Below, piece by piece: positions 39,482 through 49,288 of a DNA stretch of 64,000 bases. The position numbers and the translations under genes are program-made. The DNA is from Sumerlaeia bacterium. GTDB taxonomy: Bacteria > Sumerlaeota > Sumerlaeia > SLMS01 > JAHLLQ01. The DNA is taken from positions 32,001 to 96,000 of the forward strand of contig JAVJSW010000049.1 in NCBI GenBank assembly GCA_040219255.1, in the 5' to 3' direction. The notes beneath the pieces were generated by a model. The model was given only the letters and a program-made list of their open reading frames with translations. It ran no database searches and had not been told where the DNA came from. Position 1 is the first letter of the stretch; each line of letters starts with the position of its first letter.

Positions 39482-40888
39482 ATGATGAAACTCTCGGTTT
39501 TTCTTTTCTCGCTCCTAATCTGTTCCGTCAGCACGAGTGGTCAGTCGCAACAGACTGCGGATTCACAGGAATACGTTTTGTCTGTATTTGAAGCCCATTT
39601 GAGGGCGATGCTCGACTTGAGTTCTGTTCAGGGCTTCGGCACCTTTGAGACAATTCAGTATGGAAGGCCTACCGAGGTTGATCAAGGCGTTCTTGCCAGC
39701 CGGATGCGGGAGTACAAAGCGTCATTCTCTCAAGGCGTTCCTAGTTCGCAAGGCATGACGGATGAGCAGGCATACGCGCTGGCTCTTCATTCTTTTGAGA
39801 AACCGACAGAACGGATTCAAGCCCCCTTTACTTTAGCCAGGTATCACGATCAGTTCACAGTAACATTTCGAAACTTGATCGTTCAGACTTCGAGTTACGG
39901 GGATAATGGCAATGTCACAACTCATGCTCAGCCAAAGCTCCAAGCCTTTTCGAGTCGAGGAGATTTGACTGTTCGATTTTCTGAAGGGTGGGAGGCCACG
40001 CGAGGGAAGAACACTGCGGAAATCGAAGAGACTGCCAATATCCCTTACGTCATGTTTTGGGGATTGGGCTCATTTCTCGATTCGCGTTTCCATGACATCA
40101 ATACTACTGGCTTCCTGATTCATATGTCAAGACAGAATCCCTCCATCATTTCGGAAAGCCAACAAGCAATTGAAATCAGAATCGAGAATCCCGCAACTAA
40201 AGTCCCTGACATCTTTGTTTTTGATAAGAACAAGGACTTTGCTTTACTGGAGAGGCGGACATATCGAATGGGTTCGTCTGGCGAACCTTACTTGCATTCA
40301 CATGATGTATACAGTGAGTATGTTTCATCGAATGGCCGATGGTGGCCCCGCTTGACCGAGCGAATTCGTTATCGCGACCCACAGCCAAATACCGACTCCG
40401 AAATTGACAGGAAAGAGCGGATCGCTTTCGACGAGATCGCCGTTGATGGTATCGTCGAGAAGGAGAAGTACGATTTCCTGATCCCTGCCAATACTCATTT
40501 TCAGGCTGGCTATGGTTTGAAAAACCAGGCCATCCTTGCGAAGTTGCCATACTTGCAGGAGTTTCCCGTTCATTTGTCAAGTATCGAAGAGAGCTTTCTT
40601 GACGCACCCGTTCCAGGTGTCAACGTCCACGACGATTTCAACTTGTCCGAGTCCGAAGCTCAGGAAGACATTCCAAGTCGTCAGCAAACAGCGATTTCGA
40701 AAAACCTGAGTCCCCCAGACGGTGAATCAAGCGATGTTCGAGAAGCTGAGCCGCGTGCAAACACAGCCACCGGGCGGACCTCTCAGTTTCCCAGGAATCT
40801 AATATATTTTAGCCTGGCCTTGACTGGTATCCTTGCGGCTGTCGCTGGGCTGGTAGCCCTGACCCGGCTAATCGCTACGAAACGGTAA
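39482..40888 (+). CDS. Exported protein with LolA-like fold and C-terminal TM anchor (lower GC), probable distant paralog of 24212..25519
   Basis: Signal peptide MMKLSVFLFSLLIC; EYVSSNGRWWPRL...FDEIAVDG...FLIPANT; C-terminal TM followed by RLIATKR. Confidence 0.65.
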   Translation: MMKLSVFLFSLLICSVSTSGQSQQTADSQEYVLSVFEAHLRAMLDLSSVQGFGTFETIQYGRPTEVDQGVLASRMREYKASFSQGVPSSQGMTDEQAYALALHSFEKPTERIQAPFTLARYHDQFTVTFRNLIVQTSSYGDNGNVTTHAQPKLQAFSSRGDLTVRFSEGWEATRGKNTAEIEETANIPYVMFWGLGSFLDSRFHDINTTGFLIHMSRQNPSIISESQQAIEIRIENPATKVPDIFVFDKNKDFALLERRTYRMGSSGEPYLHSHDVYSEYVSSNGRWWPRLTERIRYRDPQPNTDSEIDRKERIAFDEIAVDGIVEKEKYDFLIPANTHFQAGYGLKNQAILAKLPYLQEFPVHLSSIEESFLDAPVPGVNVHDDFNLSESEAQEDIPSRQQTAISKNLSPPDGESSDVREAEPRANTATGRTSQFPRNLIYFSLALTGILAAVAGLVALTRLIATKR

Positions 40889-41168
40889 TCGGCAAGAGAA
40901 AGTCAATCTGACCGCTCTTGATCGATTGCTGTGAATTCATGTCTGTCGAGTGGGCCCTGGGCGTCAAAGATAGGAAGTGTTTCGAAAGGTCGGGAGGCAA
41001 CGGCCATGCGGATCGTGGATGAAGCTCCTAACTCGATATTTCGCCTGAGAAGTTAGAATTAGGCCGGTTTTCCGAAACCGTCGACATCTTCAGATGAAGG
41101 TGTTAACTACCTCAAAGCTCGTCTGGGCAATCGGCTAGATCACAAGCTTTCTCGCGTATCTAGGCAGC

Positions 41169-43175
41169 CTACGCCAGCGACGCCACCGCGTCTTCCAACT
41201 CCTCCGCCTCCACCTGCGCCGTGACCCATCGCTCCTCGGTCTTTTCCAGGTCGCTGCGGATCTGCTCCAACTCGGCGGTCAGCCCGGCCAGCTTGGGCGC
41301 GTCCGTCGCCACCGCCGGATCCGCCATTTCGGTTTCCAGGTCGCGGCGCCGCTGCTCCAGGCGGGTCTGATTCTCTTCCAACTCCTGAAGCTCTTTCGAG
41401 ATTTTCTTGAGCTGCTTTTGCAGGTCGTTGCGCTCGTTCCGGCGGAGCCGTTTCTCCTCGGCGGACAGCTCCCGTTTGGGAGCTTCCATCTGCGCTGCGG
41501 AGCCGTTTGAGTTGGGTACGGAAAGCGCCGGTCCGGAGGAGACTTTCTGCGCTTTGCCTTCTTCCTGCAAAGCCTTCAGCGACAGGTACGTCTCGAAATC
41601 GCCGGGGTAATCGTGAAGCTGCCCGTCGCGCACCTCCACCACCCGCGTCGCCACGTTGTCCAGGAAGTACCGGTCGTGGCTCACGATGACTACCGCGCCG
41701 TCGTACTGGCGCAGCGCGTTCTCCAATGTCAGGCGGCTGCCGATGTCGAGGTGGTTGGTCGGTTCGTCGAGCAGCAGCAGGTTCGAAGACCCGCACAGCA
41801 TCTTCGCCAGGCGCAGACGCGTTTTCTCGCCGCCGGAAAGCATCGCGATGGACTTCTGGACGTCGTCGCCGCGAAAGAGAAACGCGCCTAGAATGTCGCG
41901 CGACCGGTCGCTCACCGACAGGGGAGCGCTGCTCTGGAACTCGCCGAGTACCGTATTCGCCGGGTGCAGGTCCTCGTAGTCGTACTGGGCGAAGTATTCG
42001 AGCGAGACGTTGCTGCCGAGCGCCAACTTACCCGAATCGGGCTTCAGCTTGCCCGCCAGGAGCTTCATGAACGTGGACTTGCCCGCGCCGTTCACGCCCA
42101 CCAGGGCGACTTTCTCGCCGCGATAGAGGGTGAAGTCCACATGGTCGAGAACGTGGTTCCGGCCAAACGCCTTGTCCACCTTCTCGACGGCCACCACTTC
42201 CTTGCCGCAGCGCGGGGCGCTCGGGAACTTGAACGCGATGGTGCCCTCCGCGTCCTCCGGCGGTTCGATCATCTCCAGCTTCTCGAGCTGCTTGACGCGG
42301 CTCTGCACCAGCGCCGCCTTGCTCGCCTGATAGCGGAAGCGGTCGATGAAGGCCTGCACGTGGGAAATCGCCTGCTGCTGATTCTCGTAGGCGCGGCGCT
42401 GCATTTCCCGCATTTCGTCGCGCTTCGCCAGCGACTCGCTATAATTGCCGCGATAAATCACGGCGCGGCCACGCTCCAGCGCGATGGTCTTGTTCACCAG
42501 CTTGTCCATAAAGGCGCGCTCGTGGCTCACCATCAGGATCGAACCCTCGTGCTGCAGCAGCCAGTCGCCGAGCCACTCGATCGTTTCGATGTCCAGGTGG
42601 TTCGTCGGTTCGTCCAGCAGCAGGATGTCCGGGTTGCGCAGCAACAGCTTGCCCAGGGCGATGCGCATCTGCCAGCCGCCGGAGAAATCCCGGCAGCGCT
42701 TCTGCAAATCCGCCGGTCCAAAGCCCAGCCCCGCGAGCACTTTGGCGATGTGCGAGTCCATACTGTGCACATCGCGGCGCATCGTTTCGTGCAGCAGATA
42801 ATCGTAGCGCTCGGCGATCTTTTCGTATTCCGGACCGTGGTGATCGGTGATTTCCGTCATCCGATGTTCCAGCTCGCGCATCTCCGCCTCATAGGCCAGC
42901 GCTTCCTTGAACACCGTGCGGCACTCTTCTTCGACTGTGTTGGGCGTATCCAGGGTCAGTTCCTGGGGCAGGTAGCCGATTTCGTTGCCCTTGCCGGTGG
43001 AGACGTTGCCCGTCTCCGGCTTCAGGATCCCGGCGACGATTTTGATCAGGGTGGATTTCCCGGCCCCGTTGGGGCCGACGATGGCGCAGCGCTCGCCGTC
43101 CTCGACGCGAAAGCTGGCGTCTCGGAGGATGTGGCGGGCGGCAAAGTGGAGGTTGACGTTAATGACTTCGAACAT
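41169..43175 (-). CDS. ABC-F family ATPase
   Basis: Two ABC domains (GPNGAGKST, FSGGWQMR, LDEPTNHLD twice) and a C-terminal coiled coil; no TM segments. Confidence 0.93.
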   Translation of the reverse strand: MFEVINVNLHFAARHILRDASFRVEDGERCAIVGPNGAGKSTLIKIVAGILKPETGNVSTGKGNEIGYLPQELTLDTPNTVEEECRTVFKEALAYEAEMRELEHRMTEITDHHGPEYEKIAERYDYLLHETMRRDVHSMDSHIAKVLAGLGFGPADLQKRCRDFSGGWQMRIALGKLLLRNPDILLLDEPTNHLDIETIEWLGDWLLQHEGSILMVSHERAFMDKLVNKTIALERGRAVIYRGNYSESLAKRDEMREMQRRAYENQQQAISHVQAFIDRFRYQASKAALVQSRVKQLEKLEMIEPPEDAEGTIAFKFPSAPRCGKEVVAVEKVDKAFGRNHVLDHVDFTLYRGEKVALVGVNGAGKSTFMKLLAGKLKPDSGKLALGSNVSLEYFAQYDYEDLHPANTVLGEFQSSAPLSVSDRSRDILGAFLFRGDDVQKSIAMLSGGEKTRLRLAKMLCGSSNLLLLDEPTNHLDIGSRLTLENALRQYDGAVVIVSHDRYFLDNVATRVVEVRDGQLHDYPGDFETYLSLKALQEEGKAQKVSSGPALSVPNSNGSAAQMEAPKRELSAEEKRLRRNERNDLQKQLKKISKELQELEENQTRLEQRRRDLETEMADPAVATDAPKLAGLTAELEQIRSDLEKTEERWVTAQVEAEELEDAVASLA

Positions 43176-43401
43176 AGCGGCGGGACACTAGGCAGAGGGG
43201 GGCTGTCCAGGCAACGGGCAAAGTGGAGTCTTTCTGTGGTTTTTCTCGGTCGCCGCGAAAGCGTTCTCAGCGCCTTTGAATACCGCCCCCACCAGGGCGG
43301 TAGGGGCTGCGGCTTTGCCAAGCCCGACTGAAGGATTGCGCCCCGCTTCGCCGCGTGCCAATTCCTTGTCCCATCCCGCCGAGGAAGGAGCCCGCCGCGC
43401 C

Positions 43402-43968
43402 GTGGCTGATTCCGCTAAAGTCTTCGCGATCGAACGACCGCACGTGAACCTCATCAAGCTCTACATTCTGCGGTCCTGCATCCTGCCGCCGTTGAGTTTC
43501 ATCGGCTTGCCGCTGCTCTATTTCCGCTACCACACCATGCGCTATCGTTTCGACGACGAGGGCATCGGCATGAAGTGGGGCATCCTGTTCCGCCGCGAGG
43601 TCAACCTGACCTACGCCCGTATCCAGGACATCCACATCACCGCCGGGCCCGTGCAGCGCTGGCTCGGCCTCGCCGACATCCACATCCAGACCGCCTCCGG
43701 CAGCGCGGCGGCGGAAATGACCATCGAGGGCCTGCAGGAGTTCGAGGAAATCCGCGACTTCCTCTATGAGAAAATGCGCGGCGTGAAGGACGAGAAGAAA
43801 GCCCGCGCCGCCGGGGAGCTGCCCGGGGCGGCGGCAGGAGCGGCCGCGGCGCCGGGGATGTCTCCGGCCGAGAGTACCCAGCTCGTCACGGCACTCGCTG
43901 AAGTCCGCGACGAACTGCGCGGAGCCCGCGCGGCGCTCGAGCGCCTCGCCCCTGGCGGGGAGGGATAA
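43402..43968 (+). CDS. Bacterial PH-domain (bPH_2, YdbS-like) membrane protein
   Basis: GAAGGAG RBS before GTG; WGILFRREVNLTYARIQDI...GPVQRWLGLADIHIQTASG. Confidence 0.85.
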   Translation: MADSAKVFAIERPHVNLIKLYILRSCILPPLSFIGLPLLYFRYHTMRYRFDDEGIGMKWGILFRREVNLTYARIQDIHITAGPVQRWLGLADIHIQTASGSAAAEMTIEGLQEFEEIRDFLYEKMRGVKDEKKARAAGELPGAAAGAAAAPGMSPAESTQLVTALAEVRDELRGARAALERLAPGGEG

Positions 43969-43971
43969 GCC

Positions 43972-44805
43972 ATGTACAGTCTCCTCAAAGCCCCCATCCT
44001 GAAAATCCTCAAGGTTCCGCCCGAGCCCGAGGACCCCTTTGGCAACAGCCGCAGCCTGAAAGTCTTTCGCGCCGCGGAAGGCTATTTCCACTACAAACTC
44101 ATCACCTTCCTCATCGGACAGCTTTTCGCCTTCATCGGCCTCGTGGTCGGTGTCGTGATTTTCTTCATCGCGGTGTCCTCGGAAATCCAGGACCCGACTC
44201 TGCGCACGATCGTTCTCGTGATCGAGGTCGGCGCCGTCCTGTTCTTTTTCCTCCAGTTGCTCTTGAATCTGGCGTTGCTTCGGCTCGAATACGAACTGCG
44301 CTGGTATAAGATCACGGACCGCAGTTTGCGTATCCGCGAGGGCGTCTGGAGCGTGCGGGAAATGACCATGTCCTTCGCCAACATCCAAAACATCTCGATC
44401 AGCCAGGGGCCGCTCCAGCGGCTCTTCAAGATCGCCGACCTCAAGGTCCAAAGCGCCGGCGGCGGCGGCGTGGTGGAAGCCCAGCAGGCCCAGCAGTCGG
44501 GCGCCGTGAACATGCACCTCGGCTATTTCCGCGGCGTGGACAACGCCGAGGAAATCCGCGACCTGATGCGCGAGCGCCTGCGCCGCCTGCGCGACTCCGG
44601 CCTGGGCGATCATGACGAATCGGCCGACGAAGTCCCCGCGGATGTGACGCCCCCCACGCAGCCATCGCTCCAGATGCTCGACGGCACGGATTGGCAGGGA
44701 CTCCTGGCGGACCTGCGCGGCGAGGCCAAAGCCTTCCGCGCCGCCGCCGAGCGCCTCTCCTCCGCACCGCGACAATCCAACGGCGGGACAACCGAAACCT
44801 CTTGA
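43972..44805 (+). CDS. Bacterial PH-domain (bPH_2) membrane protein
   Basis: Two TM helices; REGVWSVREMTMSFANIQNISISQGPLQRLFKIADLKVQSAGG. Confidence 0.85.
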   Translation: MYSLLKAPILKILKVPPEPEDPFGNSRSLKVFRAAEGYFHYKLITFLIGQLFAFIGLVVGVVIFFIAVSSEIQDPTLRTIVLVIEVGAVLFFFLQLLLNLALLRLEYELRWYKITDRSLRIREGVWSVREMTMSFANIQNISISQGPLQRLFKIADLKVQSAGGGGVVEAQQAQQSGAVNMHLGYFRGVDNAEEIRDLMRERLRRLRDSGLGDHDESADEVPADVTPPTQPSLQMLDGTDWQGLLADLRGEAKAFRAAAERLSSAPRQSNGGTTETS

Positions 44806-45539
44806 ACGAAACCGTCTCTCTCTACTCCCACATCGCCACCACCCACGGCCTCACCGGCCTCTTCGCCAAGGTCACGCTGCTGGCGGTTCTCGGCGCCGTC
44901 GCCGGAGGCAATAGAAAACCTGGCCAACAACTCCTGACGCTCACCTTCGCGGCGATGTTTTTCGTCAGCTTTTTCAGCCTCACCGCGTGGCTGCCTCCGG
45001 GGACGCAGACGCCTCTCATCCCGAGCGCGCTGATGCTGACGCTGGCGCTGACCTTTGGCATCGCGGCCTTCAAGCCCGAGGGCGAGTGGGCCGTCAAGTC
45101 GCCGGTGGGTTGGAAGAACGCGCTGGCCTACTTGGCGCTGGCGTTCGCATTCTACTACCCGGTCTTCCGGCCCGAACGATGGATCGCCAACTTGTTCCTC
45201 TCCCCCACCGGCGCCCTCCCCCAACCCGCGCTGCTGGTGGCGGCCGTGGTCACCTGGCAGAGCGCCCCCAACGCCCCCCGGCTGGCCGGCTGGGCGGCCA
45301 GCGTCGGCGCCCTGATCCTCGGCGCGGTCGACGTCTTTCTCTTTGGCCTCATGTCCTCCACGGTCCTGATCGCCGCGGGCGGGCTGGCGATTTTCAGCCT
45401 GATCCGCGGCACGGTGAAAGCCGGCGGCATCCTGGAAGACGACATCCCGCCAAAAGACATCGCCCGCGCCCAAACCCGCAAAGCGGTCGTGAAGAAAAAG
45501 TCCAAGGAACTCGAAGAGAGGCGCTGGAACCTGAAGTAG
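44802..45539 (+). CDS. Hypothetical multi-pass membrane protein
   Basis: About 7 hydrophobic segments and a basic tail; TTG start overlapping the previous stop is assumed. Confidence 0.65.
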   Translation: MNETVSLYSHIATTHGLTGLFAKVTLLAVLGAVAGGNRKPGQQLLTLTFAAMFFVSFFSLTAWLPPGTQTPLIPSALMLTLALTFGIAAFKPEGEWAVKSPVGWKNALAYLALAFAFYYPVFRPERWIANLFLSPTGALPQPALLVAAVVTWQSAPNAPRLAGWAASVGALILGAVDVFLFGLMSSTVLIAAGGLAIFSLIRGTVKAGGILEDDIPPKDIARAQTRKAVVKKKSKELEERRWNLK

Positions 45540-45674
45540 CGGTACCGCTCCAAGACGTGTCGTAGGCGTTTTCCATCGTTCGGACGTGCTTGACAAAGTC
45601 CAAACCTCAACGCAACTTTTTGGAGGTGCTAAAGGAGCACGACCGAGGAATAAGTCAGGAGGTTGCATTCGGAA

Positions 45675-46067
45675 ATGGGTTTGCTGCCGAGTCAAGAAGC
45701 GGAACTGCACGCGTCGGCCGTCATCGGGGCCGCCAACGAAGTCCACAATGTCCTGGGTCCGGGCTACAAGAAGCCGGTCTATCGGGAAGCCTTTCGCGAT
45801 GAATTGGCGAGCCGGGGCGTCCCTTTTCTCCTCAATCCGGTTCTTTCCGTCTGCTACAAGGGGCGCGTCGTCGGCGAAGAAAAGCTCGATTTCCTCGTCG
45901 GCCACGACGTCCTGATCGACGTCTTCGACGACGAATACGAGCCGATGCAGGCCTTTAAGATGCGCTCGCGTCTGGTGGCGACCAAGATGTGCATGGGGAT
46001 GCTGATCAACTTCAACGTGCCCGAGATGGTGTTCGGCATCCGCCGCATCTGGCCCAAGGCGGCTTGA
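45675..46067 (+). CDS. GxxExxY-family (PD-(D/E)XK-like) protein, degenerate
   Basis: IGAANEVHNVLGPG...Y...L; YKG...DFLV; GMLINFN. Confidence 0.75.
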   Translation: MGLLPSQEAELHASAVIGAANEVHNVLGPGYKKPVYREAFRDELASRGVPFLLNPVLSVCYKGRVVGEEKLDFLVGHDVLIDVFDDEYEPMQAFKMRSRLVATKMCMGMLINFNVPEMVFGIRRIWPKAA

Positions 46068-46137
46068 CGCCGGCGCGGCCCCTTTCCATGGGTGGGGCAG
46101 CCCCTGTGGACGCACCCGCCCGCGCGAAAGCCCGCCG

Positions 46138-47349
46138 ATGACAACTTCTGAAAATTCAACGCCCCCCGCCTTCGATTGGCGGGGCCGCAATGTCGTCTGC
46201 TTTTCCACCGCCGACTGGGACACGCTCTTGCCCACGAACAAGCACCACCTGATGCGGCGGCTGGCGGCGCGCGGGGCGAGGGTGCTGTTCCTGGAAACGC
46301 TCGGGACCCGGGCGCCGAGACTTGCCTCCGGCGTGGATCTGGCCCGCATCGGCCGACGCCTGGGCCGCGCCGCCAAGGGCCCGCAGAAGCGCGAAAACCG
46401 CCTCTACAGCCTCTCGCCCCTCGTGCGGCCCCGCTGGGCCAATCCGGTGGACCGGGCGTTGAACCGCGCCGCCTTCCTGGCCCAGGCCGGGCCGTCGCTC
46501 CGCCGGATGCCCGATGCCATTGCCTGGATCTATTCGCCTTACGCGATCTATCTCCTGGACCAGGTCAAGCCCGCCAAGGTTGTCTATCACATGGTGGACG
46601 ACTTGACGGCGGTGCCCGGCGCGGATCGCGACGCGATGGCCGAGGCCGAGCGGGCGCTGCTGCGACGGGCGGATTGTGTGTTCTGTACCGAGCGCTCGCT
46701 CCACGCGCGGGCTCTGCGCGAAAACCCGCGGGCGCTCTATATGCCCAACGTCGCGGATTTTGCCCATTTTTCCGAACCCCGCACCATGAGCCCGAACGAT
46801 GAGCGCCTGCGCCGCCTCCGCGAGATGGACGGCCCAAAGCTCGTCTTCAGCGGCCACATCACGCCCCATAAGACCGACCTGGAGTTGTTGGAGGTTCTCG
46901 CCCGCGAGCGCCCCGCCTGGCACTTCGTCCTCATCGGCCCCGTCTGGGAAGGCGCCGAACGCCCCGCCGCGCTCCAGGCCCTGGAGGGCCTGCCCAACGT
47001 CCAGTTCTTCGGCCATGTGGACTACGCGGACCTGCCCGCCTACCTGCACGAGGCCGGCGTGCTGATGATTCCCTACTCCGACACGCCCGCCACCCGCGCC
47101 GTTTTTCCGCTCAAGTTCTTCGAATACCTCGCCACGGGCCGACCGGTCGTCGTTTCGCCCCTGCCGTCGCTCAGCGAATACGCCGCCCTCGTCCCCATGG
47201 CGCACGCCCCGACGGCGTGGCTGGAGACACTGGAGCGGGTGCTCTCCGAGCCTGGCGAGGGCGCGCCGCAACGCATCGCCCTCGCGTGCGAGAACACCTG
47301 GGACACCCGTCTGCTCCAAATGGAGCGGGCGCTCACCCAGATTTCTTAG
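46138..47349 (+). CDS. Glycosyltransferase (TuaH-like GT4)
   Basis: FSTADWD..TNKHHLM; VYHMVDD; PNVADFAHF; FPLKFFEYLATGRPVV. Confidence 0.88.
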   Translation: MTTSENSTPPAFDWRGRNVVCFSTADWDTLLPTNKHHLMRRLAARGARVLFLETLGTRAPRLASGVDLARIGRRLGRAAKGPQKRENRLYSLSPLVRPRWANPVDRALNRAAFLAQAGPSLRRMPDAIAWIYSPYAIYLLDQVKPAKVVYHMVDDLTAVPGADRDAMAEAERALLRRADCVFCTERSLHARALRENPRALYMPNVADFAHFSEPRTMSPNDERLRRLREMDGPKLVFSGHITPHKTDLELLEVLARERPAWHFVLIGPVWEGAERPAALQALEGLPNVQFFGHVDYADLPAYLHEAGVLMIPYSDTPATRAVFPLKFFEYLATGRPVVVSPLPSLSEYAALVPMAHAPTAWLETLERVLSEPGEGAPQRIALACENTWDTRLLQMERALTQIS

Positions 47350-47359
47350 GCGGCTTCGC

Positions 47360-49165
47360 TCAGTCCAACTCGTCCAGATCCAAATCCTCCAGCGGCCGTT
47401 TCGGCGGCCTCGCTGGCGGAGGCGGCGGAGGCGGCGGCGGCTGAGCCGAAGGGTTCGTTTCGCCCTTCGTCGTCCCCGGAGGCGCGCCCCCCGGTGTGTC
47501 GAAGATGCGGTACTTGATTTCCGTGGAAGGCCGTTGCTGAGGCCCCTGCGGCGCGGCCGGCGGCGGCGCGGGACCCGACCCGCCGGTCGGTTTCGGCGGC
47601 ATCGCGGGCCGGGGCTGAGCACCCGGATCGTTGCGGGGCGCCTGCGGACGCGGAGGCAGGGGCACGTTCTCAGCGCCATGGGGCGGCGGCGGCGCGCCCA
47701 GCGACACTGCGAATTGCTGCACCGGCGTGTTGACCGGTGCGCGCGGGGGCTGGGCGGGACGTCCAGAAACCGGCGGAGCCCCCTCTCCCGGCGAGGTGTC
47801 GCCCCCGCCGTGGGAGGCCGCGTCCATCATCGCCTGCAGATTGCGTTGCGAACGTTGCGCCGGCGGACGCGGTGCCCGGTCCGTATCCCGCTCCTTGCGG
47901 CCCCGGGGGCGAGCCAGGGGAACCTTCAACCTCTCCGGATCGATGCTCAGCGGCGGCACGCCTTCGTTCGAATAGGTGATTTCCAGACCGCTCCCGAACT
48001 TGCTGGCGAGACTGATGCGTTGCGGAACCTCGAAATCGCCCTCGATCGTTTCCCACGGATCGTCCAGGTTGGTCCATTCCGACCCCGTGGTGACACCGAT
48101 GCCGCGAAACTTCATCTGCAAATCGTCCGCGCTGTCCGCCGCGTTCAACGCGTCGTCGAGCGTGATCTGGCCCTGCTTCACCAGGCGGTACAGCGCCAGG
48201 TCGAAGCTCTGGATTCCATAGCTGTTCTCCGCCTGAAGGGCTTCCTTGAGTTCCGACATGTCTCCCTTGCGGATCATCGCGGAGATGTGAGGCGCGTTCA
48301 CCAGCACCTCGACCGCCGCCACACGGCCGCCGTTGGTGCGGGGCACCAGGCGCTGGCAAATGATCGCCCTCAGGTTCAGCGACATCTGAAGGTAAATCTG
48401 CTCCTTCGCGCTTCCCGGATAGAACCCCGGAATGCGCTCCACCGCCAACAGCGCGTTCGTCGAGTGCAGCGTCGCCATCACCAGGTGGCCCGTCTCCGCC
48501 GCGTGCATGGCGAAACGCACCGACTCCTCGTCGCGCATTTCACCGATACAGATGACCTCCGGCGCCTGACGCAGACTGCTCCGCATCGCCTGATGAAAGG
48601 AATCGGTGTCGATGCCCACCTCCCGCTGCGTGATGATGCAGCGCCGGTGCTGGAATACGTACTCGACCGGATCCTCGATGGTGACGATGTGCCCGGGCAG
48701 GATGTGGTTGCGGTAGTCGATCAGCGACGCCATCGTCGTCGATTTGCCCGACCCCGTGGACCCAGTGACGATCACGATGCCCCGGTCGCCGAGGGAAATC
48801 TCGCGCAACACCGGCGGCAGCCCGAGCTGGCGCATCGTCGGCACGCTCATGGAAACCCGCCGCATCACGATGCCGATCGAACCGCGCTGCCAGTAAACGC
48901 TCACCCGGAAGCGTCCGATCTTCGGGTCCATGTACGACAGGTTCGCTTCGCGCTCGCGCTCGAAATCCTCCCATTGATCCACCGACATCAATTGCCGCGC
49001 GAAATCCTCCAGCGTGAACGGATCGATCCGCAGGCCCTTCGAGGTCTGCATCGGGTAGTAGCCGCCGTCGCAGGAAATGCAGGGAACCGCCCCAGCCACG
49101 AAGTAAATGTCGGACGCGCCCGCCTCGGTCGCTTCGCTCAGAAAGTCTTCCAGTTTTGCCGTCAC
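47360..49165 (-). CDS. PilT/PilU-family type IV pilus retraction ATPase with a long Pro-rich C-terminal extension
   Basis: GSTGSGKST; TIEDPVE; LRQAPEVICIGEMRD; ETGHLVMATLH. Confidence 0.9.
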   Translation of the reverse strand: MTAKLEDFLSEATEAGASDIYFVAGAVPCISCDGGYYPMQTSKGLRIDPFTLEDFARQLMSVDQWEDFEREREANLSYMDPKIGRFRVSVYWQRGSIGIVMRRVSMSVPTMRQLGLPPVLREISLGDRGIVIVTGSTGSGKSTTMASLIDYRNHILPGHIVTIEDPVEYVFQHRRCIITQREVGIDTDSFHQAMRSSLRQAPEVICIGEMRDEESVRFAMHAAETGHLVMATLHSTNALLAVERIPGFYPGSAKEQIYLQMSLNLRAIICQRLVPRTNGGRVAAVEVLVNAPHISAMIRKGDMSELKEALQAENSYGIQSFDLALYRLVKQGQITLDDALNAADSADDLQMKFRGIGVTTGSEWTNLDDPWETIEGDFEVPQRISLASKFGSGLEITYSNEGVPPLSIDPERLKVPLARPRGRKERDTDRAPRPPAQRSQRNLQAMMDAASHGGGDTSPGEGAPPVSGRPAQPPRAPVNTPVQQFAVSLGAPPPPHGAENVPLPPRPQAPRNDPGAQPRPAMPPKPTGGSGPAPPPAAPQGPQQRPSTEIKYRIFDTPGGAPPGTTKGETNPSAQPPPPPPPPPARPPKRPLEDLDLDELD

Positions 49166-49288
49166 AAATGCGATTTCCCAATGAGTCTTGGATTTCGATC
49201 ACTACGGACTAATAGAAATAGGCACCCGAAGACCGCGTTGCAAGGACAGAAAGGGAGCCCATCCATCCAAAATCTCCGGCCACCCGCC

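Noticed and set aside
40889-41168. AT-richer gap that might hold a pseudogene or partner peptide
   Set aside because: Only short interrupted frames, with no recognisable motif
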